A stretch of DNA of 64,000 nucleotides from Cycas panzhihuaensis (taxonomy: Eukaryota > Plantae > Cycadophyta): NCBI GenBank assembly GCA_023213395.1, contig CM041465.1, positions 130,269,741-130,333,740 of the forward strand. The letters are read 5' to 3'. Positions 27,236-40,044 of the stretch are shown here, piece after piece (positions within the stretch are counted from its first letter, which is position 1; each line of letters starts with the position of its first letter). The notes under the pieces are model-generated. The model made no database searches. It had not been told where the DNA came from and worked only from the letters and a program-made list of their open reading frames with translations. The position numbers were made by a program, and so were the translations under genes.

Positions 27236-28599
27236 TGTTGCTTTCTATTACTACACTCCCCTAGGAATTGGCTATAATAAGGTGTAGTCTCCATGTTCAA
27301 TGCATAAGAACATATAATAAAGAGACAACTACAAAATGTTCAACTTTGATGCACACTCATTAGCTTATATAATACAACATATACATAATGTATACAATAT
27401 GTGCAATTAAAATGTAAATGGCCATTAATCAAGGTTTTAAATAAACATTTTTGTAAATAAAAAAATTTTGGGGTATTTGAAAGATAATGACTCTTGTTGG
27501 AGTATGTATTAGATCATGGCATTTGAAGGCTGAATAAAGGGTATGAGTGTGATGATATTTTATTTTAGCTATCAATGGCAAAATGTCTATAATGTTTTCA
27601 CTTACATTAACACAAAAATGATACAGCAAATTACATTATCTCAATACCTAATATTAATGAAGATACAATGTTCCTGGCTAAACCAAGCCAACATTCCTAT
27701 GTCTATTAATAGTGGCTCTTGAAAAAGAACACCATAACAATCTATTGGTTAACATAAGCCACGATGCAGATTACACCTAGATTCCCCACAAAGTAACTCA
27801 TTCATTTACAAACTATCAGACAGATTTCACAATAGCTTGAGAATAAATGCTACCATTTATTGAAATTTAGAGAATACTAGATTTAATATGAAAACATCTA
27901 GTAGGATTTATTTTGTAGTCTGGATGAGAAGAAAATTGAATTCCCTCTGGCTTCCCATGTATACCCCTAATACAAACTAGTAAAAAATATAGTAAACAAC
28001 ATAGGTAATGCCTCTACCAATGCTTGTGCGTATCAAAGAGCATACCATCAGTGTACATACAGTGATCTTCCAAGAAAAATGAATTACAGAAAAGTGAAAG
28101 AATGCAAAAATCAAAGAGGATGCTAGCTTCAACCTAAAACCATCTTAAGCTTACCAAAAAAGAAAATTAACAAGATCACCAAAAACCATGGAGCCTCCAA
28201 ACGGGAATCCTCCATCCTCGCGTACCATGACCATCTTCCATTTGCCCCACACAGACACACAAAAAAAAAAAATCCTACACTATCGTTACAGCAACTCTTG
28301 GTGAGCCCTAGTAATCTGCTATCATGCTCTGTATAGTATGTGTAAATTGATGTTGACAGACAGTTAATACGTCCAGCTATAGTACTAGAGTGAAAGTTGT
28401 TTTCCGTTCCTCACAATGGACTTCACTCAAAGGCGGTGCACATGGTAATGCCATGGATAGCTTTGGTATGTAGAACGTGCAACAAAAGGTCTAGCAAGCA
28501 TTAGCATTCCCCTAAATATCCAATATCTCCAGATTCCAATGTTACACAATTGGCTTGCTCCTCACCCCTTTATGCTCCATAAACAAACTCTCTAAATCA

Positions 28600-29130
28600 T
28601 TGCCAGTTATTGTCTTGGAAATATCTTGATAGCTGAAGGTTGAAGATATGCAGTACCTACCACTCCAGAGGTAGCCATTGCATTGTTGCATTGTCCAGAC
28701 TTGGTAGGTTGTGTTGGTGATTGAATTAAAGAACCTGCCTTGGGCCTCACCATTAAAGCTTGCATATGTGCAACTGGAGAAATTTTGTTTGGCACAAATA
28801 AAGGACCTTAAGCCACACAAGATAATGGTCTTAGGCCACTGAAAACATGGAATAAAACCCTTTGCATTTGAATTCAGTTTTAGTTCCTTTGCATGAGGTT
28901 CAAGTGTTGACTTTTTTTGGAAGGGATTAATCCTACAAATGAACTTGGTGAAGATATTAATACAACTGAAATAGAAGAGGCAGCTGGAAACTCTGTAACT
29001 GAAGAGGTTGAATTCTCCATTCTGCTTAATGGCATCCATACATGTGGAACAATAGGTTTAACCAATGAACCCCTTACTTGGAGTTGTAAGTTCTGACGTA
29101 TCGGCATGCAAACTGCTACCTTCCAAGCCT
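28600..29130 (-). pseudogene. Ataxin-2-like CID3/CID4 C-terminal fragment, copy B
   Basis: ISSPSSFVGLIPS/KKSTLEPHAKELKLNSNAKGFIP (tandem PAM2, 28848-28918), then GLRPLSCVA*GPLFVPNKISPVAHMQ. Confidence 0.8.
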
Positions 29131-29492
29131 GTAAGAATACTAGATGTAGCTAATGCAGCACCAAAAATCATGTTGGTATGGAAATGGCAGTAAAAAGAGA
29201 CAACTACTATTTTCTTTGTCCAATCCAAATATGTTCCTTGCAGCCTTCCTCTTCAATACTAGGAAACTCCTCAACTTAAGATCTGAATTGAGACAAAATC
29301 ATCTATAAATGTCCAATGTACCATTGAACCTACATAATAATGCCCTATCTGCCCAATGAGGAATGCATTTCTATCCACCACCTAACTCACAGTAGACTCA
29401 ATATCATTAATACTAGGGAGATGAAATGCACGAGATGCACAAGGCGTGGGAAATCTCATGGCTTCAAGCTCTCTAAGTACCAAATTATTGAC

Positions 29493-29726
29493 CTCAAGGA
29501 CCACCATATTTGCAGCCTTGGATATGACGACATCCCCTGAAGCCCCGAAAAGCATCACCATGAGTATCGCCCATGAATGTACTCGTGTTACATTCGCATC
29601 AGAATGATGGCCATGGGGGATGATTATGACTGTGAGATGCAGCATGAGCACACATACCCATAATATGCATATGTCTGTCATTACCATGTTCTTGCAAGTG
29701 ATCTGCCTTATTTACCTCCCATTCTC

Positions 29727-29763
<37 letters not shown>

Positions 29764-30012
29764 TCCTGTTGTTTGTTCAATCTGTTCCTTCATTAGGGTT
29801 TTTTCTCTCGTAGTACCGTGCATTCATAAATTCAGTTAGAAGAGTGCAGAATGAGGCCAATATTGCAATAAAACCAGCGAAGGGGAATTTAAACCATGGC
29901 ATCTCTAGTAAGCACTGGCTGGTGAAAGAAACTTCACCATCTAGAAAGGATCCTGCCATTCCAGTCGCACTTGCTACAAAAATTACAATGGAAATCATCT
30001 TTAGAAACCACC
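29493..30012 (-). pseudogene. ZIP4/IRT3-type transporter N-terminal fragment, copy B
   Basis: FLKMISIVIFVASATGMA/CLLEMPWFKFPFAGFIAILASFCTLLTEFMNARYYERK and MHIMGMCAHAASHSHNH. The TM2 segment is deleted and there is a (TA)n at 29731-29760. Confidence 0.9.
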
Positions 30013-30555
30013 TCTACTGAAAATTGCACCTTCCATCCAGCGGTCTGGATGAAAGATATAATGGATTTCTCTTTCTTCAACCTGCCATTCGGAAGTAGCC
30101 ATTAGGGAGAGGGTGGGATATAATTATCCAGCCTCTGCGAGATCTTGAACCCTCAAGAAATTGATGAATGAACGATTTCAGAAGCTTCTTATCGCCCTTT
30201 GGATTGTCATTGTCATCGGCCGTAATGACAACCCTAACAACAAGGATACGCACAAATGAGGAGAAATACCGAGACCAGAAACCCTTGGCTAAACCAAACA
30301 AATGCACAGAGAATCGATGCCAGAATAAATATTGCATAAATAACTTTCACGTTTTCTCCCTTTTGTGGGAGAGTAATTTTCTGTTTTGCAAGAGTATTTA
30401 TTCTTTGCTAGACATCTTTATTCAGAATGGCTGCTTTTAGGCTAACCGAGCCTTCTACACTCACCTTCTTTCATTTCCCCACATATTTTTTTTATTTTGC
30501 CCCATGTAATCTTTCATGAATGTTAATAATCTTTGGTGGGCCCACTATTATATGA

Positions 30556-31100
30556 TTACTCCATCTTCTCTCCTCAAGAGCAAGGCATCTAAATCATTTC
30601 GATGTTTTGGAGCAACCCCCAAAGAAAAACAAGAAGAGAGGTAGCCATATTGAGCCTAAATTTATGGAGGGCTTTCATAGACTATATTTTGATGGAGTTT
30701 GAAAAGGAAATCTTTGTTTTATTAGGGCCACAGGTTGCCTATTAAATGATGGAAGACACAACTCTTTATAAATGAATGTGTGTGTGTGTGTGTGTGAGGC
30801 TTTGGAACAAAACCCAATAATCAAGCAAAATTAGCAGCATTACATAAAGATCTACTTTTGGCTCTTCAAATGGGAATAGAAATGATACAACTAATAGGTG
30901 ATTCATTATTCTTCATCATAAATGCAGTGAAATTTATATAGCATATTGACAATTTATCCATTTCTAGTTTATTAACCTCTATTGTTGATTTAGTAGGCTA
31001 TTTTAAAGATGTGTAATACATTCATACGTGTAGAAGACTAAACACTAAAGCTAATTAATTAGCAAATTACAATGCAATCTTGGTATCAAACAATTTAAAA
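30556..31100 (+). mobile_element. 3' segment (RNase H domain) of the LINE starting at ~15750
   Basis: EGFHRLYFDG..KGN...GFGTKPNNQAKLAALHKDLLLA...IGDSL...IHTCRRLNTKAN*LAN. Confidence 0.85.
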
Positions 31101-31591
31101 ATTCATGATAGAGAGTGATATGAGATAATCTTGTAGGGATAAAAGTGGGGTCTTATAGAGGTTACTTGGTTGGGTCTCTATTGTAACTATAGGTAGTTGA
31201 GAGGGATGTTAATCTTTTACAGAAGTAATGCAATGTACCTCTTTTATATTTTCTAGTAATAAAAATTGATTTATTTTTTCTGTTAAAAACATTGTATAAA
31301 GATAAATGAAAAAGCATCTTAGGAAAAATCATTCTTAAGAAAATAAATAATTTAGGGGATATCCCCCTATAAGAATGAAATAATTGCTTAAATAATATAT
31401 GCACTAATAAAATAACTACCATAATAGTCCTCGTTATATAAATTTCCATTTATGTTATTCATAACCAATTGAATTAAGGAAGGAATTAAGTATATTTTGA
31501 CTTGTAAAGCAAAAGGTATGAAAAGAATTCAAGTTTGAAATTCTTAACATTAATCAAAACTTCCCTTTTCGTCTATGTAATTTCTTCTTTG

Positions 31592-31743
31592 CAGTGGCCT
31601 AAGACCATTATCTTGTGTGGCTCAAGGTCCTTTATTTGTGCCAAACAATATTTCTCCAGTTGCACATCTGGAAGCTTTAATGGTGAGGCCCAGGGCAGGT
31701 TCTTTAATGCAATCATCAACACAACCTACCAAGTCTGGACAAT
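31592..31743 (+). pseudogene. Inverted third copy (~152 bp) of the CID3/4 fragment
   Basis: Reverse complement of 28690-28842, with 7 mismatches counted by eye. Confidence 0.9.
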
Positions 31744-31920
31744 AGGGAAATAGGCTATGAAGTTTTTAAACTATCTTATTCCATTATTGATCACTTATAC
31801 ACATCCATATTCATCATAGAAGGTTTGGATGCAATTAAAAATACCGCTTATGTTACTTTATAGATTTCAAAATATGGGTTTGAGAAGTGAAGGACAACAT
31901 TGAAATCCCCTTTGTCGTAT

Positions 31921-32887
<967 letters not shown>

Positions 32888-33435
32888 AATTCTTTAAAAT
32901 ATTTGACAACATGTTTAGTCTAGCTATAAAAGTAGATAAAACTTGTTATAATTAAATAGAAAAATACATACTCATATTCTACAATGATGATACAATAAAA
33001 GAGGTTAAAACCTTTAAGTACCTAGGAATTAACATCTTAGGTAAGCTAAATTAAAACAAATGCAGGGACGAAGGCGCACTTCATTTCTTTGCCCGTCTTC
33101 TCTCCTATGGTTGGAGATAGGGAAGATTTGGAACCTGGGGGGAAGGAAGCTTGAAGAAGGAGGTCATGTCGGGCAGATGTAATAGCATAGTACCTCTAAA
33201 GCAGTGCAGAGAAGAGACGGGTGTGTGGGTTAAATCGGCGGTAGAGAGGGTTGAATAGAAGACTGACAGTGACCTTCCCTGCATAGGAAAGACCCGGCTC
33301 CAGCAACAAGAGACATCAGAAGCTGTATGCTTTTAGTTATTTGATGGAAGGAAGCAGTGTCAAGATTCAATCTCATGGGCCCAAAAGAGGGGTGAGTGCA
33401 TGGTGCTTGTTTTCAGTTTTTGTCTTGTTATCTAA

Positions 33436-34863
33436 AATGACAAAAGAACAAATAGATCAGACTCAGTCCTCTCCTTTAGGAAGGACTTACCTTGATGCCC
33501 TAAAAGGGGGAAATACTGAAGACTATGAGATTTACCCTGTGTTGAAGGACAACCATTTCAAAATTACAATACCGAAGGAGCTAACTGAGAAAACCATTCA
33601 ATATTAGGAGAATATTTTGGTGGGTAGGTTTTCTGGTCCCAGACCGGGGCTAGACATTATCCGAGAGTGGATAAGAAGTAAATGGAAAACTATGAACCCG
33701 GTAGAGGTGATGGCTTTACCAAAAGGATGTGTCATTTTCATATTTGCAAACCAAGAAGACATGATACCCATCCTCCTAAAATCACACTAGATGTTTGGCA
33801 GGAAAGCATGTCCTTGGAAAAATGGCATCTGGATTTTGATTTGGCAATCCCAGTGGTCAAACAAGCACCAGTGTGGGTGTAACTTCCTAGGTTGCCACAA
33901 CATTTCTGGAATCCATAGGTAATTAAAGGTGCAGCTAGGATGATTGGTCCTTTATTAGCGTCAGATTCGGCGACAAGAAATAGATCCCGACTGATGAATG
34001 CTAGATTCTGTGTCCTAGCCAGGTTGGACTGTGACCTTCCAGAAGAAATTGATATCGAATCGGTTGGGAGGTTTATTAAACAAAGAATATTGTATGAAGT
34101 GGAGGGTTTCAGGTGCTCGAAATGTAGAGGGAGGGGCCATTTACCCTTTCAATGCCTAGGTGTCACAGACCTATCTAACACTGATAAGGGAGAGGGTAGT
34201 AAAGAGAAAGAAGTAAAGGAGCTAGTTGTGGCTGGTGGCGAGGAGGAGTTGGGCCAGATTTTGATCCAAGAACAAGGTCCAACAACGGTGATCATTGAAG
34301 ATCAGATAGTGGGACCTCAAAAGACCAACGAAATATCGAGTGTTGACATCGCCACAGCTGCTATTAAGACCCAAGGGGTCACGGTCCAGTCCTCGATTCA
34401 AGAACAAGGCCCTATAGTGAGGAGCATTATAGATCAAGCATATGGACTCCCAAGGCTTGATGGTCAAGCTAGTGAATTAGAGGTTGACCCAGTCCTGTCA
34501 GGGCAACTGAAGGAGATCAACCGGGACGAGGAAGATTACTTCTCAAAAGCAGAGGAGGGGAGGGTGCAGGAACTAAACCAAGGGGAAGGGATGGCTGAAA
34601 AAGCAACAGAGGGGGTTAGGAGAAGTGATGTTCAGGGGAAAGTAGGAGGAGCCCGAAAATAGATTTCTAAAGATAAAAGTGGCACTTTGGAACCAAAAAA
34701 GGTTCCTGATTTTGGGATTGAGAAGAGAGTTAGAAGCCCACCCAAAAAGGTGACTAGGGAAAAGGAAACAGTGGCCCAAATCGACTTGGGGATCCAAAGT
34801 ACTCTTAAGGAGGGGAGGAGGGGGTTGAAGGCCCCCTCCTTAGAAGTAGGAAGGGATGATTGA
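33436..34863 (+). pseudogene. LINE ORF1 (DUF4283 plus zinc knuckle)
   Basis: LVGRFSGPRP, EKWHLDFD, APVWV, ARFCV, CX2CX4HX4C. Confidence 0.85.
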
Positions 34864-34881
34864 TAAGGTTCTAGGATGACC

Positions 34882-37800
34882 ATGAAGGTTTTATCCTGGA
34901 ATATAAGGGGCATTAGCGTCCCATCAAAGTAGAGAATGATTAAGGAAATGAGAATCAAGATGAATGTGGACGTAGTCCTATTGTAGGAGATGAAAATTAA
35001 GCAGAAAAAGGAGTTAGAGGTATTTAAGAAGATTTGGAGGGAGGGGGTAAGCAGCGTCTTAGAGGGACCAATGGGCTCTGGGGGGTTGGCTTCTCTCTAG
35101 AATCCAGATAAGTGGAAAGGCTCTGTAGTAGCAAACTATGAACATTTCATCACACTTTGTCTAGTTTGTACGAGGACAAACAAACCTTATTGGGTAACCA
35201 ATGTATATGCCTCTACAACGACGGAGGGTAGGAAGAGGTTATAGGGAAGGATAGTGGAGGCACACAAGGAATGAAATGGTCCTTGGTTGGTGGCTGGGGA
35301 TTTCAACATGGCTCTTAATCTAGAGGAAAAGAAAGGGGGCCAAGAGGGATGGTCCAGGAGTATGTCTGAATTCGGGGAATTCCTGCAATCTGGTGGTCTT
35401 ATGGATATCCCCTTAAGGGGAGCCAAGTACACTTGGTCTAATAGGAGATTGGGCCATAGTCATATTCAGATCAGGCTTGATAGAATATTATCCAATTATA
35501 AATGGACCTGTCAGTTTGAGGACATCAAGCTTGAGGCTCTGCCGAAAGTAGCCTCAGATCATTCCCCTTTGGTTCTGGAGTCTTCCTCTCCAGGATTGTA
35601 AGGAGGGGCCCCATTCCACTTTGAACTAATGTGGCAACAACATCCTGATCTCAGAGAGAAGATTAGTGAATGGTGGGGATACATGGTGCCAGGGTTCGCT
35701 ATGTTCAAATTTTTGAAAAAACTTGACTGGGTCAAAAAATAAATTAAATTATAGAATAAGGAGGTGTTTAGTAATATTTTCAAAGACAAGCAAACCCTGT
35801 GGGAGGAACTGAAGAGGATAGAAGAAAGGATCCAGATTGAGGGTAGGTCACAAGACTTGGATCAACTAGATCATTCAACCTCCAAAAGATTGGAGGAGGT
35901 ACTGTCTAGGGAGGAAATACATTAGAAGCAGAAATCGAGGGAGCAATGGATCAAGGCAGGAGACAAGAACACTAAGTTCTTTCACTTGTCTACATTGAAA
36001 CACAGGTCCTATAATAGAATAAGTAAAATGCGGAGCAAGGATGGTATCATGAAGAATACTGAAGATCAGATAAGAGGTATAGCAATGGATTATTTTAAAG
36101 AAGAACCGCGTAACTCGGCCGTCGGGATCGAGTTAAGGGTAAATCTGATGCAACATATTAAGTGTTCTCGACACCCGAGCAGTGAAATTAACAGTAATCG
36201 CTATCGATGGATGAAGTTGAGAAGGTTATCTTTAAAATGGGGAGGGATAAAGCCCTTGGGCTAGACAGGTTTCCACCAGGTTTTTATCAGGAGTATTGGG
36301 ACATTATAAAGGAAGACCTAATCTTGGCATTGAATGAGTTCTTCCAAAGGAATACTATCTTGAAAGAATGGCAGGCGACCTTTCTGGTGTTGATTCCCAA
36401 AAAAGAAGGGGCGGAAGCAATGGAGGACTTTAGGCCGATAAGCTTATGTAATATGAAATATAAGATATTAGCTAAAGTGTTGGCGAACCACCTTAGAGAA
36501 TGCTTACTGTTTATTATCTCGTCCAATTAGGATGGCTTCATGATGGGTAGACAAATTATGGACGGGATAATAATGGTTCATAAAATAATACACTTGACCT
36601 ATCATAGGAAAGAAGCAGGGATGATTATAAAAATAGATATGTCTAAAGCCTACGACCGGGTGGCTTGCGACTGTCTACTAGAATGCCTCAAAGCGTTTGG
36701 CTTTGGGGAGGCTTGGAGGGGATGGATGAGATGTTGTATCTCTAGTATTTCCTTTTCGGTGTTAATCAATGGTAGATCAACTCCTTTTTTCCCAACTATA
36801 GGGGTTTGAGGTAAGGAGATCCATTATCCCCTTTCCTTTTTATTATAATGGCTGAAATGTTAGGAAGGGCTACAGAGGCAGCTAAGAGATTAGGGTGGGT
36901 CTCTGGTTTGAAGCCTTCCTCCAACTTGGAAAATATAGTTCATCATCAGTTTGTGGGCAATAACATTTTTCTGAGTAGGGCCTCCCTTGGTGAGGCACGG
37001 GCACTGAAACATGGTCTCCATGCCTATGAGCAGGCCTCAAATCAAAGAATCAACTTGGACAAGAGTTCTGTCTTCTTCATCAATACCCCCGAGATGCTCC
37101 AAAGACGGATAAGCAGAATCTTGGAGATTCCCATTAGAAATCTTCCTAGCTCTTACTTGGGGATGCCTCTTTTCGTGGGAAGGATGTGTAAGAATTTATG
37201 GGATCCTATTGTTGGGAGGTTCAATAGGAAGCTGGCAAGTTGGAAAGGGGTGATACTTAGCTGGGTAGGAAAGATCCAACTAGTTGCGGCTTTTCTTCAG
37301 AGTATCCCAGTTTTCCAAATGTCATTGTTCAAGATGCCAACCAAGATCATTTCAGTCCTCAAGGGCATAATGAAGAGATTCATTTGGTCTGGGTCTGAGG
37401 ACAAAGACAAATTTCACTTGGTATCTTGGGAGAAGGTCTGTAAGCCCAAGTGGGCAGGCGAGCTAAATGTAAGGAGATTGGGACTACTAAATGAAGTCCT
37501 CCTAGCTAAAGTAGGATGGAGATTAGCTAAAGAGGAAGGAACCTTGTGGGGAGAAATATTAGCCAGAAAATATATGGAGGGCAAGCATTTCCTAAAGGAT
37601 GAGGTAGATGAGGTCAACGGATCTCCCATTTTGAACGCTTTATGGTCGTCGCGTATGATCCTGAGAAATGGCTTATGATGGAAGTTGGGGGATGGTGAAA
37701 GGATAAGATTTTGGGAAGACAAATGTTGTGGTTCTTCAAGGCTGGGTGAGCTCCCAAATATCGATAATCTGTAAAGAGCCTGTGAGGATAGGTATGGCAC

Positions 37801-39040
37801 ACTTGTGAAGCACTATTGGGTAGGTGTGGGCAAGGACAAGCAATGGAGAATGTTTGAAGACCTGGAAGGATTTAAAGAGGAAATTCAGAGAATAAAAGAG
37901 GTACTAAATCAACAGGATATTCGCAAGAGGACACCTCCGGACTCCCTGGTTTGGGCTCTGTCACCTTCAGGAGCCTACTCGGTTAAAGATGGATACAAGT
38001 CTCTATCGACGAGAGAAGGGGGTCTAAGAATGACATGTTGGCTGGAGTTTGGAAATTGGAGCTTATTCCAAAGGCGGCCATCTTTTGGTGGTTATGTTTA
38101 CAAAATAAGATTCTAATAATGGATAACATGTAGAAGCGAGGTATGTATGTGGTGAACAGATGCGAGTTATGCAGGGAGGAGGCTGAGTCGGTGGATCACT
38201 TGAGTATATGCTATACCTACTTGAGAGGGATTTGGAGTGGCTTTTGGTCTAGATTGGGATTAGACTAGGCTCCTTCCCTGTCCCTAAGGGATTAATGGAT
38301 ATCCTAGGTGTCTCCTTTCAAGAGTAAGACGTTGGGAAAATTCTGGAAGCTAATTCTTCCAGTAGGCACTTGGAATATATGGAAGGAGCGAAATAGGAGA
38401 ATATTCCAAGGAAAGGAGTTGGAGGAAGAGAAGTTATTTGAAATGTCCAGAAGGGGCATCCTAGAGATGTTAAAACCCCCCAAGGAGGACAAAATTCCTT
38501 TGGGGGAGGAAAGCTCCCTCGATCGTTGGGGTATAGGGCACCCGAGGGGCGGGATTAAGAAAAGGAAGGAAACGATTTAGACACCACCCGAACACGGATT
38601 AAAATAAATTTTGATGGTGCAACTAAAGGGAAACCCAGGGAGGCCAGGGGAGGTGGGCTGTGCAGGGATCATACGGGTAATGTGATATAGGCATTTGCTG
38701 AATATTATGGCTGTCAATCGAACCATGGAGCAGAGGTGAGGGCTATGAACAAGGTTGCGATTATGCTGGAGGAGATGGAGGAACAGAAAGTCATTATTGA
38801 AGGTGATTCGTTGACAGTGATTAAGAGTCTAAAGGAGGAAACGAAGTTGAAATGGAGCATTGGGGAGCTCATTAAGGATGCGCAAGATATATTGAGATCC
38901 AAACATAGTGTTCAAATTCAGCACACGTACAGGGAAGGAAACAAGGTGGCGGACTAGTTGGAAAATTGGGCGGTGGCAAATAAAAGGAACAGGGATTGGA
39001 AAAAGAACTTCCTCGAGGAGCTTCTGAGTCTGACTAGAAT
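34882..39040 (+). pseudogene. LINE ORF2 (EN-RT-zf-RNase H) with stops and frameshifts
   Basis: Motifs as listed for the element; the RT YADD motif has decayed to FVGN. Confidence 0.9.
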
Positions 39041-39790
39041 AGAATCTTTTAGACATAATGGCGTCAGGTAGGAGGAGAATGGAGAATTCTTAGAATGAGC
39101 TAGACCATGGGTTTGTCATGGTCATCTGTCTTAGGCTGGTTAGCCCTTGATGTATAAGGTTTGGGGACCTGGCGAAAAAACCCTTCTAATATTATTTTTT
39201 ACCTTACCAAAAAAAAAAAAAAAAAAATGTATTAACAACAAATAAATAAGGGCTGAAAGGCCTACTTGTCTTTGCAAATATTTATGAGAATATTGAATTC
39301 GATCTTGGAAAAATAAGAGCATCATATTTGGTATCTTAGTTATTTTAACCATTCAATATAATTGTAAAGTTTAATATGGGAATATCTCAAGTAATAATTA
39401 GAAAAAGATCAAGAAAATCCAAAGAGAGATCATACTCAATGTAATTAAAATCAATGAAATAACACTTTATCTTATCCCACTTCTAGAAGTTAATATTTTA
39501 CCCATTGAAATAAAATATATGTACTTCTACTTATCTAACCAAATTAAAGTTAACAAAATTTGATAAAGATATATTACCATAGCTTATATGTAAATCCAAG
39601 AAAAATTGACTTAGACTTAAAATAACATAGATTAAAGACCAGAAAAACAAAATGATTAAGAAGTAGGGAATCAATGAAATATACATCAAAGATAAATAAA
39701 ACCTAAAAGCTAAAACAATAAATTGGAGTCTATAAACTATAAAGAATAAAGGGAGGTGAAGTACTATGAAATGTTATAAATGTAAACTTA

Positions 39791-40044
39791 TGTAGTGTGC
39801 CTAAATAGCATAATTAATTATTAAATAGTAATTAATATTAATAATTAAGATAACAAGGGGGAGTATCTATTTATTACATGACACATCCTTTCATATTTAA
39901 AATATAAACATTTCATCACCTGTAACATTGGATATCGCTTATCATTATTAATCAATTATCCTTTAGATATTTAGGTCTTTGACTAATAAATACTCCTGTG
40001 TACAAGTGTGACTAACTTAGGTCACCTCAAGTGGTATTAGAGCC
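39791..40044 (+). mobile_element. Short LTR (39791-40029) followed by a tRNA-iMet PBS
   Basis: TGTAGTGTGCCTAA...TTAGGTCACCTCA inverted termini, then TGGTATTAGAGCC at 40032-40044. Confidence 0.6.

Larger units (their letters stand above)
20594..30555 (-). mobile_element. Non-autonomous LTR-retrotransposon-like element (LARD-like) with gene-carrying ~3.4 kb terminal direct repeats
   Basis: Direct repeats 20594-24069 and 27236-30555. PBS-like TGGCAACCATACTTGGGA follows ...GCAACA on the minus strand, and a purine tract GAGGGAA abuts the other repeat. The unit interrupts a LINE, with a degenerate TSD TTGCC/TTACT. Confidence 0.7.
27236..30555 (-). repeat. Terminal direct repeat B (putative 5' LTR)
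   Basis: Begins TGTTG on the plus strand next to the PBS; homologous to 20594-24069. Confidence 0.85.
33065..39227 (+). mobile_element. Near full-length L1-clade LINE with RNase H, ending in poly(A)
   Basis: ORF1 (APVWV, CSKCRGRGHLPFQC knuckle); ORF2 MKVLSWNIRG, GDFN, RLDR, SDH (EN), FRPISLCN and KIDMSKAYD (RT), zf-RVT, NFDGATKG..IEGDS..HTYREGNKVAD (RH). Poly(A) at 39209-39227; imperfect TSD AAAACAAATGCA / AAAAAAAATGTA. Confidence 0.95.
32890..39780 (+). mobile_element. Old RTE-like LINE RT C-terminal fragment (32890-33064 plus 39228-~39780), split by the younger L1
   Basis: EVKTFKYLGINILGKLN*NKC joins across the insertion to INNK...KSIIFGILV..IQYNCKV*YGNISSNN*KKIKKIQ...PIEIKY. Confidence 0.65.

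Noticed and set aside
29382-30337. Functional ZIP transporter gene
   Set aside because: TM2 region deleted, frameshifts, an internal (TA)n, and no TM4-8 exons found in the window
20594-30555. Pack-MULE, CACTA or Helitron as the carrier of the gene fragments
   Set aside because: No terminal inverted repeats, CACTA ends or 3' hairpin-CTRR seen; the repeats are direct and adjacent to a PBS-like site
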